Below the pieces are notes generated by a model, which worked only from the letters and a program-made list of their open reading frames with translations, had not been told where the DNA came from and did not search any database. The position numbers and the translations under genes were made by a program. A stretch of 64,000 nucleotides of DNA, taken from positions 1,056,001 through 1,120,000 of the forward strand of contig CAWHBU010000003.1 of NCBI GenBank assembly GCA_963827685.1, read 5' to 3'. This document shows, in pieces, positions 51,408 to 61,671 of this stretch. Within the stretch, counting starts at the first letter, position 1, and the number at the start of each line of letters is the position of its first letter. This DNA comes from an uncultured delta proteobacterium. GTDB lineage: Bacteria > Desulfobacterota > BSN033 > UBA1163.

Positions 51408-52325
51408 ATGTGGAATTTTTTTGAAAAATTAAAAACGGGTCTTTCTAAAACCCATCAGGGGTTTGTCGAAAAGATCGATCAGCTCTTTCTGGGGAAAAAG
51501 ACGATCGATCAGGAACTCTTGGACGGATTGGAAGGTCTTCTTTTCGAAGCGGATTTGGGCGTAAAGACGTCTCATCAATTAATAGAGGGGGTAAACCAGG
51601 GGCTCAAAAGAGGAGCGCTGCAGGAACCTGAAAAGGTAAAAGAGTATATTAAACAAGAGATCCTGCGGATCCTAAAATCAGGAGAGAAGCCTCTTTCCAT
51701 CGACTTCTCCCGGACGAAACCATTCGTCTTTATGGTGGTCGGAGTCAATGGCGGTGGAAAGACGACCACCATCGGAAAGATTGCCTACCAATATTCATCG
51801 CAAGGGAAAAAGGTTCTGGTCGGGGCTGCGGATACCTTCAGGGCTGCTGCGGTCGAGCAGCTTGAGATCTGGGCAAATCGAGCCGGAGCCGATCTGATCA
51901 AACAATCCAAAGGATCGGATCCTTCCGCTGTGGCATTCGATTCCGTCCATGCCGCCAGGGCCAGAGATATCGATCTTGTCTTCATCGATACAGCAGGGAG
52001 ACTCCATACCAAAGTCAATCTCATGGAAGAGTTGAAGAAGGTGAAACGGATTGTCGGGAGAGAATGTCCGGGGGCGCCTCATGAGATCCTCCTCGTCCTT
52101 GACGCCACGACAGGCCAGAACGCCATCTCTCAGGCGAAACTCTTCAACGAAGCCATCGGTGTGACAGGCATCGCTCTGACCAAATTGGATGGAACAGCCA
52201 AAGGAGGAATCATTGTCGGAATCACAGAAGAGCTGAAAATTCCAATCCGATACATCGGCGTGGGAGAAGGGATCGATGACCTCAAGAAATTTAACGCTAC
52301 CGAATTTGTCCAGGCATTATTTTGA
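51408..52325 (+). CDS. ftsY: SRP receptor FtsY
   Basis: [22 protein letters not shown] and [10 protein letters not shown] motifs; start placed at MWNFFEKLK. Confidence 0.96.
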   Translation: MWNFFEKLKTGLSKTHQGFVEKIDQLFLGKKTIDQELLDGLEGLLFEADLGVKTSHQLIEGVNQGLKRGALQEPEKVKEYIKQEILRILKSGEKPLSIDFSRTKPFVFMVVGVNGGGKTTTIGKIAYQYSSQGKKVLVGAADTFRAAAVEQLEIWANRAGADLIKQSKGSDPSAVAFDSVHAARARDIDLVFIDTAGRLHTKVNLMEELKKVKRIVGRECPGAPHEILLVLDATTGQNAISQAKLFNEAIGVTGIALTKLDGTAKGGIIVGITEELKIPIRYIGVGEGIDDLKKFNATEFVQALF

Positions 52326-52513
52326 GAAATTCGTCTTTCGAGTTCTCGACAAAATCGATAGGCAAAGATAAAGGCACCCGAGCTCGCCAATTTCAAAATA
52401 CATCTCTTTTTACCGGAAAATACCGTTTCCACCCTATTCATTCCGTCGAAAAACTTTCATAAGTTTGCATTGAAGGACCTATTTCTGCGGCCGAAGGCTC
52501 ATTTTCGTCTTGA

Positions 52514-53272
52514 TTGCATAGAGCCATGGTGACGGGTGATCATATGGAGACCCGATCAGAATTCGCCGGAAAAACGAAACATATCAAATCTTATTTCATT
52601 TCGGCTTTACTCTTAATTATTTGTCTGCTGGTGGGTTGTGTCCATGCCCTGGCACCCTCTCGCCCAAACAGTTGGGTTCATACTCCGATTGATATGAAAT
52701 CGGTTGCTGATCCCCCAGACCAACCCCTGCTCCAGGTGATCATCGTTTACGGGCCGGCATGGGATCACCACTCAGCTTTACGATTGATCTGTCCCAGTCG
52801 GCCGGTTCTGTTTTGGGACCCCGGCGGTGGTTATGGCGTTGATCTTCCAGAGGATGTGAGAAGCAGGGATCTGATACGCATCAACCCGCCCGACCTTGAA
52901 ACGTACTTACAGCATATCTGGCATTTTAGCAGCTTAGAGGTGGAGGTCTTCGAATGGGATCTGAAACCGGAAGAAGCCCGTGAATTGTACGATGTCCTCC
53001 TCAACGGAACTGATAAAAATCACCCTTCGAGTCGGTTCACGACGACGACCATCGGGTTGTTTTGCAGTGTGGCGATTAGCGATTTTTTACACCGTTTTGC
53101 CAGTAAGACCCTGACCGTTCCCAAATCTTTCTTCCTCCCAGAACATCTGGCCCGCGTGCTGTATACCCAGTCACCCAAGCGCGTGCTGGCATTTCGTCGT
53201 GGTAAACAGACCGCCTATTTCCCTCCTGGGATGACTTCGGGCGATTCTCATTCATCTCGTATTCTTAAGTAA
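52514..53272 (+). CDS. Hypothetical lipoprotein
   Basis: Hydrophobic stretch ending LVGC; long ORF; start uncertain. Confidence 0.6.
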   Translation: MHRAMVTGDHMETRSEFAGKTKHIKSYFISALLLIICLLVGCVHALAPSRPNSWVHTPIDMKSVADPPDQPLLQVIIVYGPAWDHHSALRLICPSRPVLFWDPGGGYGVDLPEDVRSRDLIRINPPDLETYLQHIWHFSSLEVEVFEWDLKPEEARELYDVLLNGTDKNHPSSRFTTTTIGLFCSVAISDFLHRFASKTLTVPKSFFLPEHLARVLYTQSPKRVLAFRRGKQTAYFPPGMTSGDSHSSRILK

Positions 53273-53550
53273 CTATGCCATTGTTGTTCCAAACAAAAAG
53301 CAACTTCTTCTCCATTTTCCCTTAGGTTCAAAATTTTTCTAAGACGTGGTAAGATATTTTTAATTGAGGAAAGTAGGTGACCAGCCAGTTTAAGAACTCA
53401 TGGAACTGGAACAAAAAGTTAAGGTCTTTGATCTCCTATAGGCTGTGAAACATGATGCGTGGAGTAGGTTAATAAAGGAATTGAAACTTGTTATAGTGTG
53501 AGACCCGATCCTCTTATACTGTCGAACTGTTAGATCTGAAAAAGACGGGC

Positions 53551-54249
53551 ATGAAAATGTTGCATTGGTGGCCGATCTTTCCACAGAAACGACAAATGAA
53601 GATTCCATTTCTTATCCGCTTGCTCCTCTTTTTCTTCCTCATAACGGGGCTTGTTCAATCTATCAACGCTGAACAACCCGACTACCTTTCACCCTTAGAA
53701 AAAGCGATTGTCCGTGAGATAAACATAGCAAGGATGAATCCCAAAGGCTACGCTTCTTTTCTTGGAAAATGGAAGCCGTACTATGATGGGAAGCTACTCA
53801 AAATTCCCGGCGAGACGATCCACATGACCAAAGAGGGAGTGACCGCAGTCAATGAAGCAATCGGCTCTATGCGTTCTATGAATCCAGCCCCTCGACTCAC
53901 CCCATCGAAAGGCATGTCCCGGGGAGCAAAGGATCATGTGAAGGATCAAGATTCATCAGGTTCCAGCCAACACAAGGGCAGTGATGGAAGTCAGCCTTGG
54001 GATAGAGTAAATCGCTATGGGACTTGGGAGAAAAGCATAGGTGAGAATATATTCTATGGCAGTGACAAAGCTCAAAATATTGTTATGGGTTTAATCATAG
54101 ACGATGGCGTTCCAGGTCGCGGACACAGAAAAAATATCTTCGGCCCAGACTTTCATGTTATTGGAGTTGCCTGTGGTCACCCTGGTACTTTCAGGACTGT
54201 TTGTGTCATTACTTTTGCGGGAGGATATAAGGAGAAAAGCGGGAAATAA
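53551..54249 (+). CDS. CAP/SCP-domain exported protein
   Basis: INIAR, H..SDGS...R, GENI and DDGVPGRGHRKNI motifs. Confidence 0.88.
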   Translation: MKMLHWWPIFPQKRQMKIPFLIRLLLFFFLITGLVQSINAEQPDYLSPLEKAIVREINIARMNPKGYASFLGKWKPYYDGKLLKIPGETIHMTKEGVTAVNEAIGSMRSMNPAPRLTPSKGMSRGAKDHVKDQDSSGSSQHKGSDGSQPWDRVNRYGTWEKSIGENIFYGSDKAQNIVMGLIIDDGVPGRGHRKNIFGPDFHVIGVACGHPGTFRTVCVITFAGGYKEKSGK

Positions 54250-54281
54250 ACCCGGATGTTGCTAAAAAGGCGAGGCATGTG

Positions 54282-54447
54282 AACCCCGGACAAGCTGGTC
54301 GAAAAGGCTTCGAGGCGAACCTTCTAGCAAACCGGCACCCGCGAGCCGTCTCGTTATCAGAGATCACTTGATGTCAATTCTTTCTATTTCCTCTAAATCT
54401 CGCAAAAACCGCCATTCGAAGCCTTGAAGAGCGGTTTGTCCGGGGTT
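54282..54447. repeat. MITE-like segment with a 32-bp imperfect inverted repeat
   Basis: AACCCCGGACAA...AAGGCTTCGA vs TCGAAGCCTT...TTGTCCGGGGTT, between convergent genes. Confidence 0.6.
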
Positions 54448-54472
54448 ATTTCTGCAACCGGCAGGTAGAGAA

Positions 54473-55090
54473 TCAAGGAAAAACCATTTTCTCAAGGGCT
54501 TTGATTCTCGCCTCTAAGGCACCAAATTTCTTCTCTAAATCTGCGTAAGAGAATTTTATCATCGAACCCAATTCCTCTTTGACTTCGCCAAAACCTTCTT
54601 TCATCTTCTCTTTGATGGAAGCAACTTCTTCTGTCACCTGTTTGATCCCGTCCCTCAGGCTCTCCATTCCGTCCTTTAATCCGCCCATATCTGTGCTGCC
54701 CCCCTCCTTGGCATGAACCAAATAGGCTTCTCTCTCCTCCTTGATTTTTTGAAGAAGGTGTTCTACTTTCTGGATCGATTGATCAAAGGTAGACTGGTTC
54801 TGGACTTTAAGCTCCTGAATTCCGTCTCTCAATTCTTTCCTTATTGGATCGATTTCCACTTTCCCTTCTTTTGCCAACTTCTCAAAATCGGCTTTGACCT
54901 CCTGCCTCCACTCAAGAATCTGATTTCTATTTTCCTCTTTCGATTGGCGGAAGTTTGACTTCGTTTCTTGCCTCAGCTTTTCCAGATCTTCTCGGGTGGT
55001 CAGGCCCATTAATATTTTATCCAAATATTCCCTTGTTTCTTTGTCCATATCCTTCTTTGCCCCCTTATGGATATGATACTTGAATATCAT
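54473..55090 (-). CDS. Coiled-coil hypothetical protein
   Basis: K/E-rich heptad pattern, C-terminal IKFSYADLE; likely start MDKET. Confidence 0.7.
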   Translation of the reverse strand: MIFKYHIHKGAKKDMDKETREYLDKILMGLTTREDLEKLRQETKSNFRQSKEENRNQILEWRQEVKADFEKLAKEGKVEIDPIRKELRDGIQELKVQNQSTFDQSIQKVEHLLQKIKEEREAYLVHAKEGGSTDMGGLKDGMESLRDGIKQVTEEVASIKEKMKEGFGEVKEELGSMIKFSYADLEKKFGALEARIKALEKMVFP

Positions 55091-55340
55091 AGACTCCTTA
55101 GAATATCAATTCATTTCTGCACAGCATTTTTTTCTTGACAAAAAACCTGTTTACAAGTATTTTAGTACTGATAACTGGAGAAATTAAAGCAGGCAATACA
55201 ACGAGGTATTGCGCAATGACAATGGCGTCAAAGAAATTTGGCATCTTTTTATTCTGAACCTGCAGAAGAAACCTCGTTAGGGTGGGGGAAATCTTCTGAT
55301 AAATAGAAAGGGAAATAATTCGGGAGTGCTTCATCCCTAA

Positions 55341-55664
55341 ATGCTGGACATGTGTCATTTTGACATGAATAGAAAACAAAAAAGGATCCAAATATTCCTG
55401 GCTATATCATTTATTTTCTTCCTTTCAGTTTTTTCAGGTTATCTCTATTACAATAATTATGCAGAAACTGATCTCCCCTCTGCCAAACCAACGTTTGACA
55501 ATCTTGATCAAGATTATCTACTAACTGACCAGCAGAATAGATCGTCAGCAGTCGAGCAAACCGCCTCTTCTTTTATCCTCGAAACCTATCTATTTCGTCA
55601 GCCTCCTGACCTCTCCTTTGGCATTCCCTCTCTCGATCAGAAGCTCTTAGCCCTCCGTTGTTGA
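55341..55664 (+). CDS. Small membrane-anchored hypothetical protein
   Basis: One hydrophobic helix; ends LLALRC. Confidence 0.5.
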   Translation: MLDMCHFDMNRKQKRIQIFLAISFIFFLSVFSGYLYYNNYAETDLPSAKPTFDNLDQDYLLTDQQNRSSAVEQTASSFILETYLFRQPPDLSFGIPSLDQKLLALRC

Positions 55665-56006
55665 AAATGTCTCCTCGCCATCGCTCACTGGATCATGCTT
55701 TCATTGATTTACCGATATTTTGTATCAAGAAAAATGGTAGACTGAAATTCTAAGAAGAAAAGGAGGTGATCGTGAACTAACTGAGTTTTTCCTGGTAAGC
55801 TAAGATTAATATCTTTAAAAAAAAGACTGAAAGGGGTGAATATCTCATGCCGATTACCAGAAGGCAATTTTCAAAGTTTTTTGTACGTACAAAGAATCCT
55901 CATGCCCCAGATCTTTGGCTAACCTCCAAAAGGCAGTGACTGAAGAGCCAAATGTAATGTCTATACCATGAACACTAAATACAAAGATTTTCTAAGGAGG
56001 TAAATT

Positions 56007-57011
56007 ATGAAGGAAGAGGACATGTTAAGCAACAAACTCTTAGATGTCATAGAATCCCATGGAGTGAGCAGAAGGGATTTTCTAAAATACTCTGCTTCCA
56101 TAGCGGCCTTATTCGGAATCTCACAATTTGAATTTGCCACGAAGATTGCTCAGGCAATGGAAAGTGCCTCTAAAAAACCTCCGGTCCTCTGGCTGGAGGG
56201 GCAGGATTGTGCTGGATGTACTATCTCATTTACTCAAATCCTTAACCCACCTGCTACGACCATTATTTTAGACAAAATTTCTCTTAGATATCATGAAACC
56301 GCTATGGCCGCCGCAGGACATCTTGCTGAAAAGGTCTATCATGATACGGTAAAGGAAGGCGGGTATGTGTTGGTTGTGGAAGGTTCTGTACCCTCAGCCG
56401 GTGACCGTTTCTGTATGGTGGGTGGGAGACCCTTCAGAGTGATTTTAGAGGAAGCAGCCCAAAAGGCCGGTGCAATCATTGCAGTGGGAGCTTGCGCTAC
56501 CTATGGTGGCATTCCTGCAGCAACTCCATCCAAGGGTATTGGACTCAACAAAGCTCTCCCTGGAAAAACAGTAATCAATCTTCCCACCTGTCCAGTTCAT
56601 CCAGATCATTTAGCTGGAACAATCCTCTACTTCCTGACTACAGGAAAAGTTCCCCCACTGGACAATATTGGTCGTCCGTTGATCTATTATGCTGAGTCCA
56701 TTCATGATAACTGTAGACGACGGGCTCATTTCGACGAAAACCGATTTCTCGAGGATTGGAATGACCCTAATCAGAGAGAATGGTGTCTGTCGCATAAGGG
56801 CTGTAAGGGGCCTCTGACTAACTCTGACTGTCCAATCCGAAGATGGAATGATGGAATTAATTTCTGCATCGATTGCGGAGCTCCATGCATGGGATGTGCA
56901 CAACCAGAATTCTACCAGGATATGTCTCCTCTTTACACGGCTGAGAGCGAAATTTCAAAAAGGATTTTGGCTATGAAAGAGGCCGGTTTGTTCAAGAGAG
57001 AAAATAGCTAA
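56007..57011 (+). CDS. Group 1 [NiFe]-hydrogenase small subunit (Tat-exported)
   Basis: SRRDFLK, QDCAGC, GACATYGG, TCP, HDNCRRR, GCKGP and CIDCGAPCMGC motifs; AAGGAGG SD. Confidence 0.96.
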   Translation: MKEEDMLSNKLLDVIESHGVSRRDFLKYSASIAALFGISQFEFATKIAQAMESASKKPPVLWLEGQDCAGCTISFTQILNPPATTIILDKISLRYHETAMAAAGHLAEKVYHDTVKEGGYVLVVEGSVPSAGDRFCMVGGRPFRVILEEAAQKAGAIIAVGACATYGGIPAATPSKGIGLNKALPGKTVINLPTCPVHPDHLAGTILYFLTTGKVPPLDNIGRPLIYYAESIHDNCRRRAHFDENRFLEDWNDPNQREWCLSHKGCKGPLTNSDCPIRRWNDGINFCIDCGAPCMGCAQPEFYQDMSPLYTAESEISKRILAMKEAGLFKRENS

Positions 57012-57028
57012 AGAAAGGGGTATTGCAT

Positions 57029-58591
57029 ATGGCTAAGAGAATAACGATAGACCCTGTAACACGCATTGAAGGACATCTAAAAATTGAAGTAGAGGTTGAA
57101 GGGGGCAAGGTGAAGAATGCATGGAGTAGCGGAACCATGGCCCGTGGCTTTGAGGCCTTACTCCAAGGGAAGGACCCTCGAGATGCCTCTTTCGTCACCT
57201 CCCGGTTCTGCGGGGTTTGCTATAGTGTTCACCAACTGGCCTCCGCTCGTGCTCTGGATGCCGCTTTTGGAGCAAAGGTCCCTTGGGCGGGGCATCTCAT
57301 TAGAAACCTGGTCATGGGTGCACAGTATATCTATGACCACCCGCTCCATTTTTACCAATTGAGTGCACTTGACTATATTGATGTCATGGCGGTTGCCAAT
57401 TATAAGGGGAAGGATAAAGACTTACTGGCTGTAAAGGATAAGGTTGTCAATTTGGTAAAGGCTAAAGATACTTATCCTCTTACCCCAAGATATGTCCCAG
57501 ATCAGTTTTCCGTTAAAGACCCAGAGGTAGTCATCACTGCTGTCAAGCATTATATTGATGCCATGAAAATGCATGCACAGGCCAGAAACATGGGGGCGAT
57601 CTGGGGCGGCCGAACTCCCCATTACCAGAATATTGTGGTCGGAGGCGTCACTTCATATCCTGATATAAACCAGGTTGCCCGCTTCCGCACGATGCTCGAT
57701 GAGCAGGCAAAGTTTATTAATGAGGTCTATATACCGGATGTCCTGGCCTTTGGGACGGGTCCACTTTGGGAACTCGCCAAGATGGGTTTAGGAGGTGGTC
57801 ATTACAATTATTTATCCTACGGAGCTCTCGAAAAGGATCCAGAAGGCAAATCCCTTGTTTTTCCAGCAGGTGTCATCATGGGTTTGAACCCAGCGAATAT
57901 CAAGGTTGAGGCCTTTAATCCTCAAAAAATCACTGAGTCGGTGAAATTTGCCTGGTATAAGGAAAACAAACCCGTACACCCATATCAGGGTGAACAGGTG
58001 TTTGATCTTGACAAAAAGGAAGCCTATTCCTTTGTTAAAGCCCCTCGCTATAACGGTAAACCTATGGAGGTAGGACCTCTGGCACGGATGCTTGTAGCCA
58101 AAAATCCCTCTGTCCTCGGATTAGTGGGTAAGGGGGCGAAACCCGGCGCTGTGGCTCGCCATGCAGCCCGGGCAATAGAAACAAAGTTGGTAGTGGATGC
58201 TTGTTATGAATGGTGTGATAAGCTTCTCACCGAAATGACCAAGCCTGGTTTCAAGATTCAAGATAAGGAACATTGGGATCCGCCAGAAAACGGCATTGGC
58301 GCCGGGTTTTACGAAGCACCCCGTGGGGCTTTAGGTCATTGGATTGAAGTCAAAGAGAAAAAGATTAAGAATTATCAAGCCGTCGTTCCATCTACTTGGA
58401 ATGCATCGCCTCGTGATGAAAATGGAGTCCGTGGGCAATATGAGGAATCCCTCATCGGTACTCCCGTCCCCGATCCTGAAAATCCCATCAATGTTGTTCG
58501 GATCATTCGCTCCTTCGATCCTTGCCTCGCTTGTGCGATCCACCTCATTGACCCGAAGACCAACGAAATCCGGAAATTCCTTATAGAATGA
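57029..58591 (+). CDS. Group 1 [NiFe]-hydrogenase large subunit
   Basis: DPVTRIEGH, L1 RFCGVC, L2 FDPCLACAIH plus a cleavable C-terminal extension. Confidence 0.97.
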   Translation: MAKRITIDPVTRIEGHLKIEVEVEGGKVKNAWSSGTMARGFEALLQGKDPRDASFVTSRFCGVCYSVHQLASARALDAAFGAKVPWAGHLIRNLVMGAQYIYDHPLHFYQLSALDYIDVMAVANYKGKDKDLLAVKDKVVNLVKAKDTYPLTPRYVPDQFSVKDPEVVITAVKHYIDAMKMHAQARNMGAIWGGRTPHYQNIVVGGVTSYPDINQVARFRTMLDEQAKFINEVYIPDVLAFGTGPLWELAKMGLGGGHYNYLSYGALEKDPEGKSLVFPAGVIMGLNPANIKVEAFNPQKITESVKFAWYKENKPVHPYQGEQVFDLDKKEAYSFVKAPRYNGKPMEVGPLARMLVAKNPSVLGLVGKGAKPGAVARHAARAIETKLVVDACYEWCDKLLTEMTKPGFKIQDKEHWDPPENGIGAGFYEAPRGALGHWIEVKEKKIKNYQAVVPSTWNASPRDENGVRGQYEESLIGTPVPDPENPINVVRIIRSFDPCLACAIHLIDPKTNEIRKFLIE

Positions 58592-58649
58592 TTAAAGTGA
58601 ATAATGTTTCCGAAAAAATCAAAGGGGGGGAGAGAAAAACTCTCCCCCC

Positions 58650-59132
58650 AAAATTGTCATTTTAGGGGTAGGCAACCTTTTGCTCTCTGATGAGGGGGTA
58701 GGCGTTCATGTAGCCAATGAGCTAATGAAGAAGAACCTACCACCAGAGGTTTCAGTGGTTGAAGGAGGGACCGATGGGTTCCTTCTCTTGAATATTATCA
58801 CAGAGGCCGACCGCTTAATCGTAATTGACGCCGTAAAAGGGAATGCTGTTCCCGGCTCCATCTATCGTTTCGACATTGGCGAAGTTCGAAACTGTCCGGC
58901 TGGTTTTAAAACATCGGTTCACCAGATTGGGATCTTAGAGGTTTTAGACCTGTCAGAACTGATAGGAAAAACTCCCCATACAACTGTGATCGGCATTGAA
59001 CCCAAGTCCCTGGAAATGGGAATGGAACTTTCCCCAGAAATCAAGGCGAAAATCCCGAGAATTATTGAGTTAGTAATGAATGAGTTAAAAACAAACAAAG
59101 CCTTGTCCCTAAAAGGCAGAGCAAAACGTTGA
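58650..59132 (+). CDS. Hydrogenase maturation endopeptidase (HyaD/HybD family); start anomalous
   Basis: KIVILGVGNLLLSDEGVG, EGGT, VIDAV and SVHQ motifs; no in-frame canonical start upstream of the motif. Confidence 0.9.
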   Translation, partial: KIVILGVGNLLLSDEGVGVHVANELMKKNLPPEVSVVEGGTDGFLLLNIITEADRLIVIDAVKGNAVPGSIYRFDIGEVRNCPAGFKTSVHQIGILEVLDLSELIGKTPHTTVIGIEPKSLEMGMELSPEIKAKIPRIIELVMNELKTNKALSLKGRAKR

Positions 59133-59352
59133 TATGAAGATCCCTGTCTTTCTTTGCTAAATCTTCAACTCCTTCTAAAAAATCATTCAAATTAGTTGGC
59201 TCATTTTTATGCTTCAAAAACATTCTCCTTTTAGATTAGATGCATAAAAGTCACCCCCTATGATCTAAGGGCAGTTCAAACCAAAAATCGACGCGGACAA
59301 TATATGGGATAGGAGATAGCGTCCGGGGGTATTACATCAATTCCTATTCATA

Positions 59353-59381
59353 TTGAAGCCCTTTTAAAAGAGGGTTAATAT
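59353..59381 (+). promoter_or_regulatory. Putative leaderless promoter of hypF
   Basis: TTGAAG-17 bp-TAATAT with the ATG 6 nt later. Confidence 0.5.
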
Positions 59382-59387
59382 AGGTAT

Positions 59388-61664
59388 ATGAAACGGGCTG
59401 AAATTGGGATCACCGGAATCGTCCAGGGAATCGGATTTAGACCCTTCATCTACAACCTGGCTCAAAAACACCTGATCCGAGGATGGGTTCTCAATAATGA
59501 AAAGGGAGTTTTGATCGATGCCGAAAGCGAAGATGGCAATCTTGATCGGTTCATTCAGGGCATCCCCAAGCTCGCACCGCCATTAGCCCGGATTGAATCG
59601 TTTCATGTGAAATACCTTGAACCTCTGGGCTACAGCACTTTTGAAATCAGGAAGAGTGAAGAGACTCAAGAGAAATTTACCCTCATCTCTCCTGATGTGG
59701 CCACCTGTGACCAATGCCTTTTCGAGCTTTTCTCACCTCAAAACTTTCGATACCGATACCCATTTATTAACTGTACTCTCTGCGGTCCAAGATTTACAAT
59801 TATCCGGGACATCCCTTACGATCGCCATAAAACGACAATGGCTCCTTTCAAAATGTGCCCTGTCTGTCAGAAAGAGTATGAAGACCCATCTGACCGGCGG
59901 TTTCATGCTCAACCCAATGCCTGCTCTGCCTGTGGCCCCCTTCTTCATCTGGAGGATAGGGAAGGGAAAGAAGTTCCTGGAGATCCGATTGTGAAGACCT
60001 TGGACCTCCTATCAAAAGGAAGGATTGTGGCAATTAAAGGGCTGGGAGGGTTTCATCTGGCATGTGATGCAAAAAATCAAGACGCTGTCTCCTCGTTGAG
60101 GTCCAGAAAGTTTAGAGAGGATAAGCCCTTTGCCGTGATGTGCCAAAATCTTCAGGAAGTGAAGGAACACTGTGAAGTCAACGAAGAAGAAGAGAAGTTA
60201 TTGCTGAGTGTGGAGAGGCCCATTGTCATTCTGAGAAGGAGGGGAAATTCTCCGGTTGCCCATGCTGTCGCTCCTTATCAGGATACCCTTGGTGTCATGC
60301 TCCCCTACTCACCGCTTCACCATCTTCTGTTCAACGGTCCCCTCAAGACATTGGTGATGACGAGCGGCAATGTGAGTGACGAACCCATCTCTTATAAGAA
60401 TGAGGAGGCCTTTCGCCGTCTCTCCAAAATCGCCGACTATTTCCTCTTTCACAACCGTGAGATCCATATGAGGTGCGATGATTCGGTAACAAGGATCTTC
60501 GAAGAAAAACCTTACATCCTCCGGAGGTCAAGAGGTTATGTCCCCTTCCCTGTTAAACTTTCTTTCCCCATCGAAATGATCCTGGCCTGTGGTGGGGAAC
60601 TGAAAAATACTTTTTGCCTGACCCGTGGCCAATACGCTTTCATAAGTCATCACATCGGAGACCTTGAGAATTTAGAAACCCTGACCTCTTTTGAAGAAGG
60701 CATCGAGCATTTCAAGAGGCTCTTCTATATTGAGCCAAAGGCAGTCGCCTATGATCTTCATCCGGATTATCTCTCTACCCAGTATGCCCTTTCGATTCCA
60801 GATATTCCAAGAATGGGTGTCCAGCATCACCACGCCCACATTGTGAGTGCAATGGCTGAAAATGGAATGGAAGGGGATGTGATCGGAGTCGCTCTCGATG
60901 GAACAGGTTTTGGATTGGATGGCACCATCTGGGGAGGTGAATTTATCAAGGCAAATCTAAGAGATTTTGATCGATTGGCCCATCTGAAAAAAGTTCCTAT
61001 GCCTGGAGGTTCGATGGCCATTAAAGAGCCCTGGCGAATGGCGATGGTTTACCTTTCTGAGGCTTTCGGGGATGAAACCACGAAACTGAAGATTGACCTG
61101 ATAAGAAGAATTGATCCTCAAAAATGGGACGTTTTAAAGAGGACCATCGAAAAAAAGATTAATACCCCATTGACTTCGAGCATGGGTCGCTTCTTCGACG
61201 CCATCTCTTCCCTTCTGTCCATACGAGATGAGGTCCACTATGAAGGACAGGCAGCCATCGAACTGGAGATGATCGCGGATCACGGGGTAAAAGAAGAATA
61301 TCCTTTCACCATTCAAAAAGATGAAAAGCCTATGGTGGTTGATTCACAAGAGATGATAAGGGGGATAGTCCGTGATCTGATAGATGGGGCGCCCGCCTCG
61401 AAAATCTCAGGAAAGTTTCATAGAACCATAGCTGGCTTTATCATCGAGACGTGTGAGTCGATCCGATCCAAGGAAGAGTTGAATCGAGTCGTCCTGAGTG
61501 GTGGAGTCTTTCAAAATATTTTCCTTCTTTCACTTGTCACAGAAGGTTTGAAAAGATCGGGTTTTGATGTCTATACTCACCATCTGGTACCTCCCAATGA
61601 CGGCGGGGTCTCCTTAGGGCAGGCGGTCATTGCCCAGATGAGGTTATTTCAAAGTCTGTCATAA
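59388..61664 (+). CDS. hypF: Carbamoyltransferase HypF
   Basis: GIVQGIGFRP, CxxC zinc fingers, KGLGGFHL, QHHHAH and PPNDGG motifs. Confidence 0.98.
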   Translation: MKRAEIGITGIVQGIGFRPFIYNLAQKHLIRGWVLNNEKGVLIDAESEDGNLDRFIQGIPKLAPPLARIESFHVKYLEPLGYSTFEIRKSEETQEKFTLISPDVATCDQCLFELFSPQNFRYRYPFINCTLCGPRFTIIRDIPYDRHKTTMAPFKMCPVCQKEYEDPSDRRFHAQPNACSACGPLLHLEDREGKEVPGDPIVKTLDLLSKGRIVAIKGLGGFHLACDAKNQDAVSSLRSRKFREDKPFAVMCQNLQEVKEHCEVNEEEEKLLLSVERPIVILRRRGNSPVAHAVAPYQDTLGVMLPYSPLHHLLFNGPLKTLVMTSGNVSDEPISYKNEEAFRRLSKIADYFLFHNREIHMRCDDSVTRIFEEKPYILRRSRGYVPFPVKLSFPIEMILACGGELKNTFCLTRGQYAFISHHIGDLENLETLTSFEEGIEHFKRLFYIEPKAVAYDLHPDYLSTQYALSIPDIPRMGVQHHHAHIVSAMAENGMEGDVIGVALDGTGFGLDGTIWGGEFIKANLRDFDRLAHLKKVPMPGGSMAIKEPWRMAMVYLSEAFGDETTKLKIDLIRRIDPQKWDVLKRTIEKKINTPLTSSMGRFFDAISSLLSIRDEVHYEGQAAIELEMIADHGVKEEYPFTIQKDEKPMVVDSQEMIRGIVRDLIDGAPASKISGKFHRTIAGFIIETCESIRSKEELNRVVLSGGVFQNIFLLSLVTEGLKRSGFDVYTHHLVPPNDGGVSLGQAVIAQMRLFQSLS

Positions 61665-61671
61665 TTGAGGA

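Noticed and set aside
58517-58543. Selenocysteine in the hydrogenase L2 motif
   Set aside because: The codons are TGC and TGT, with no in-frame TGA
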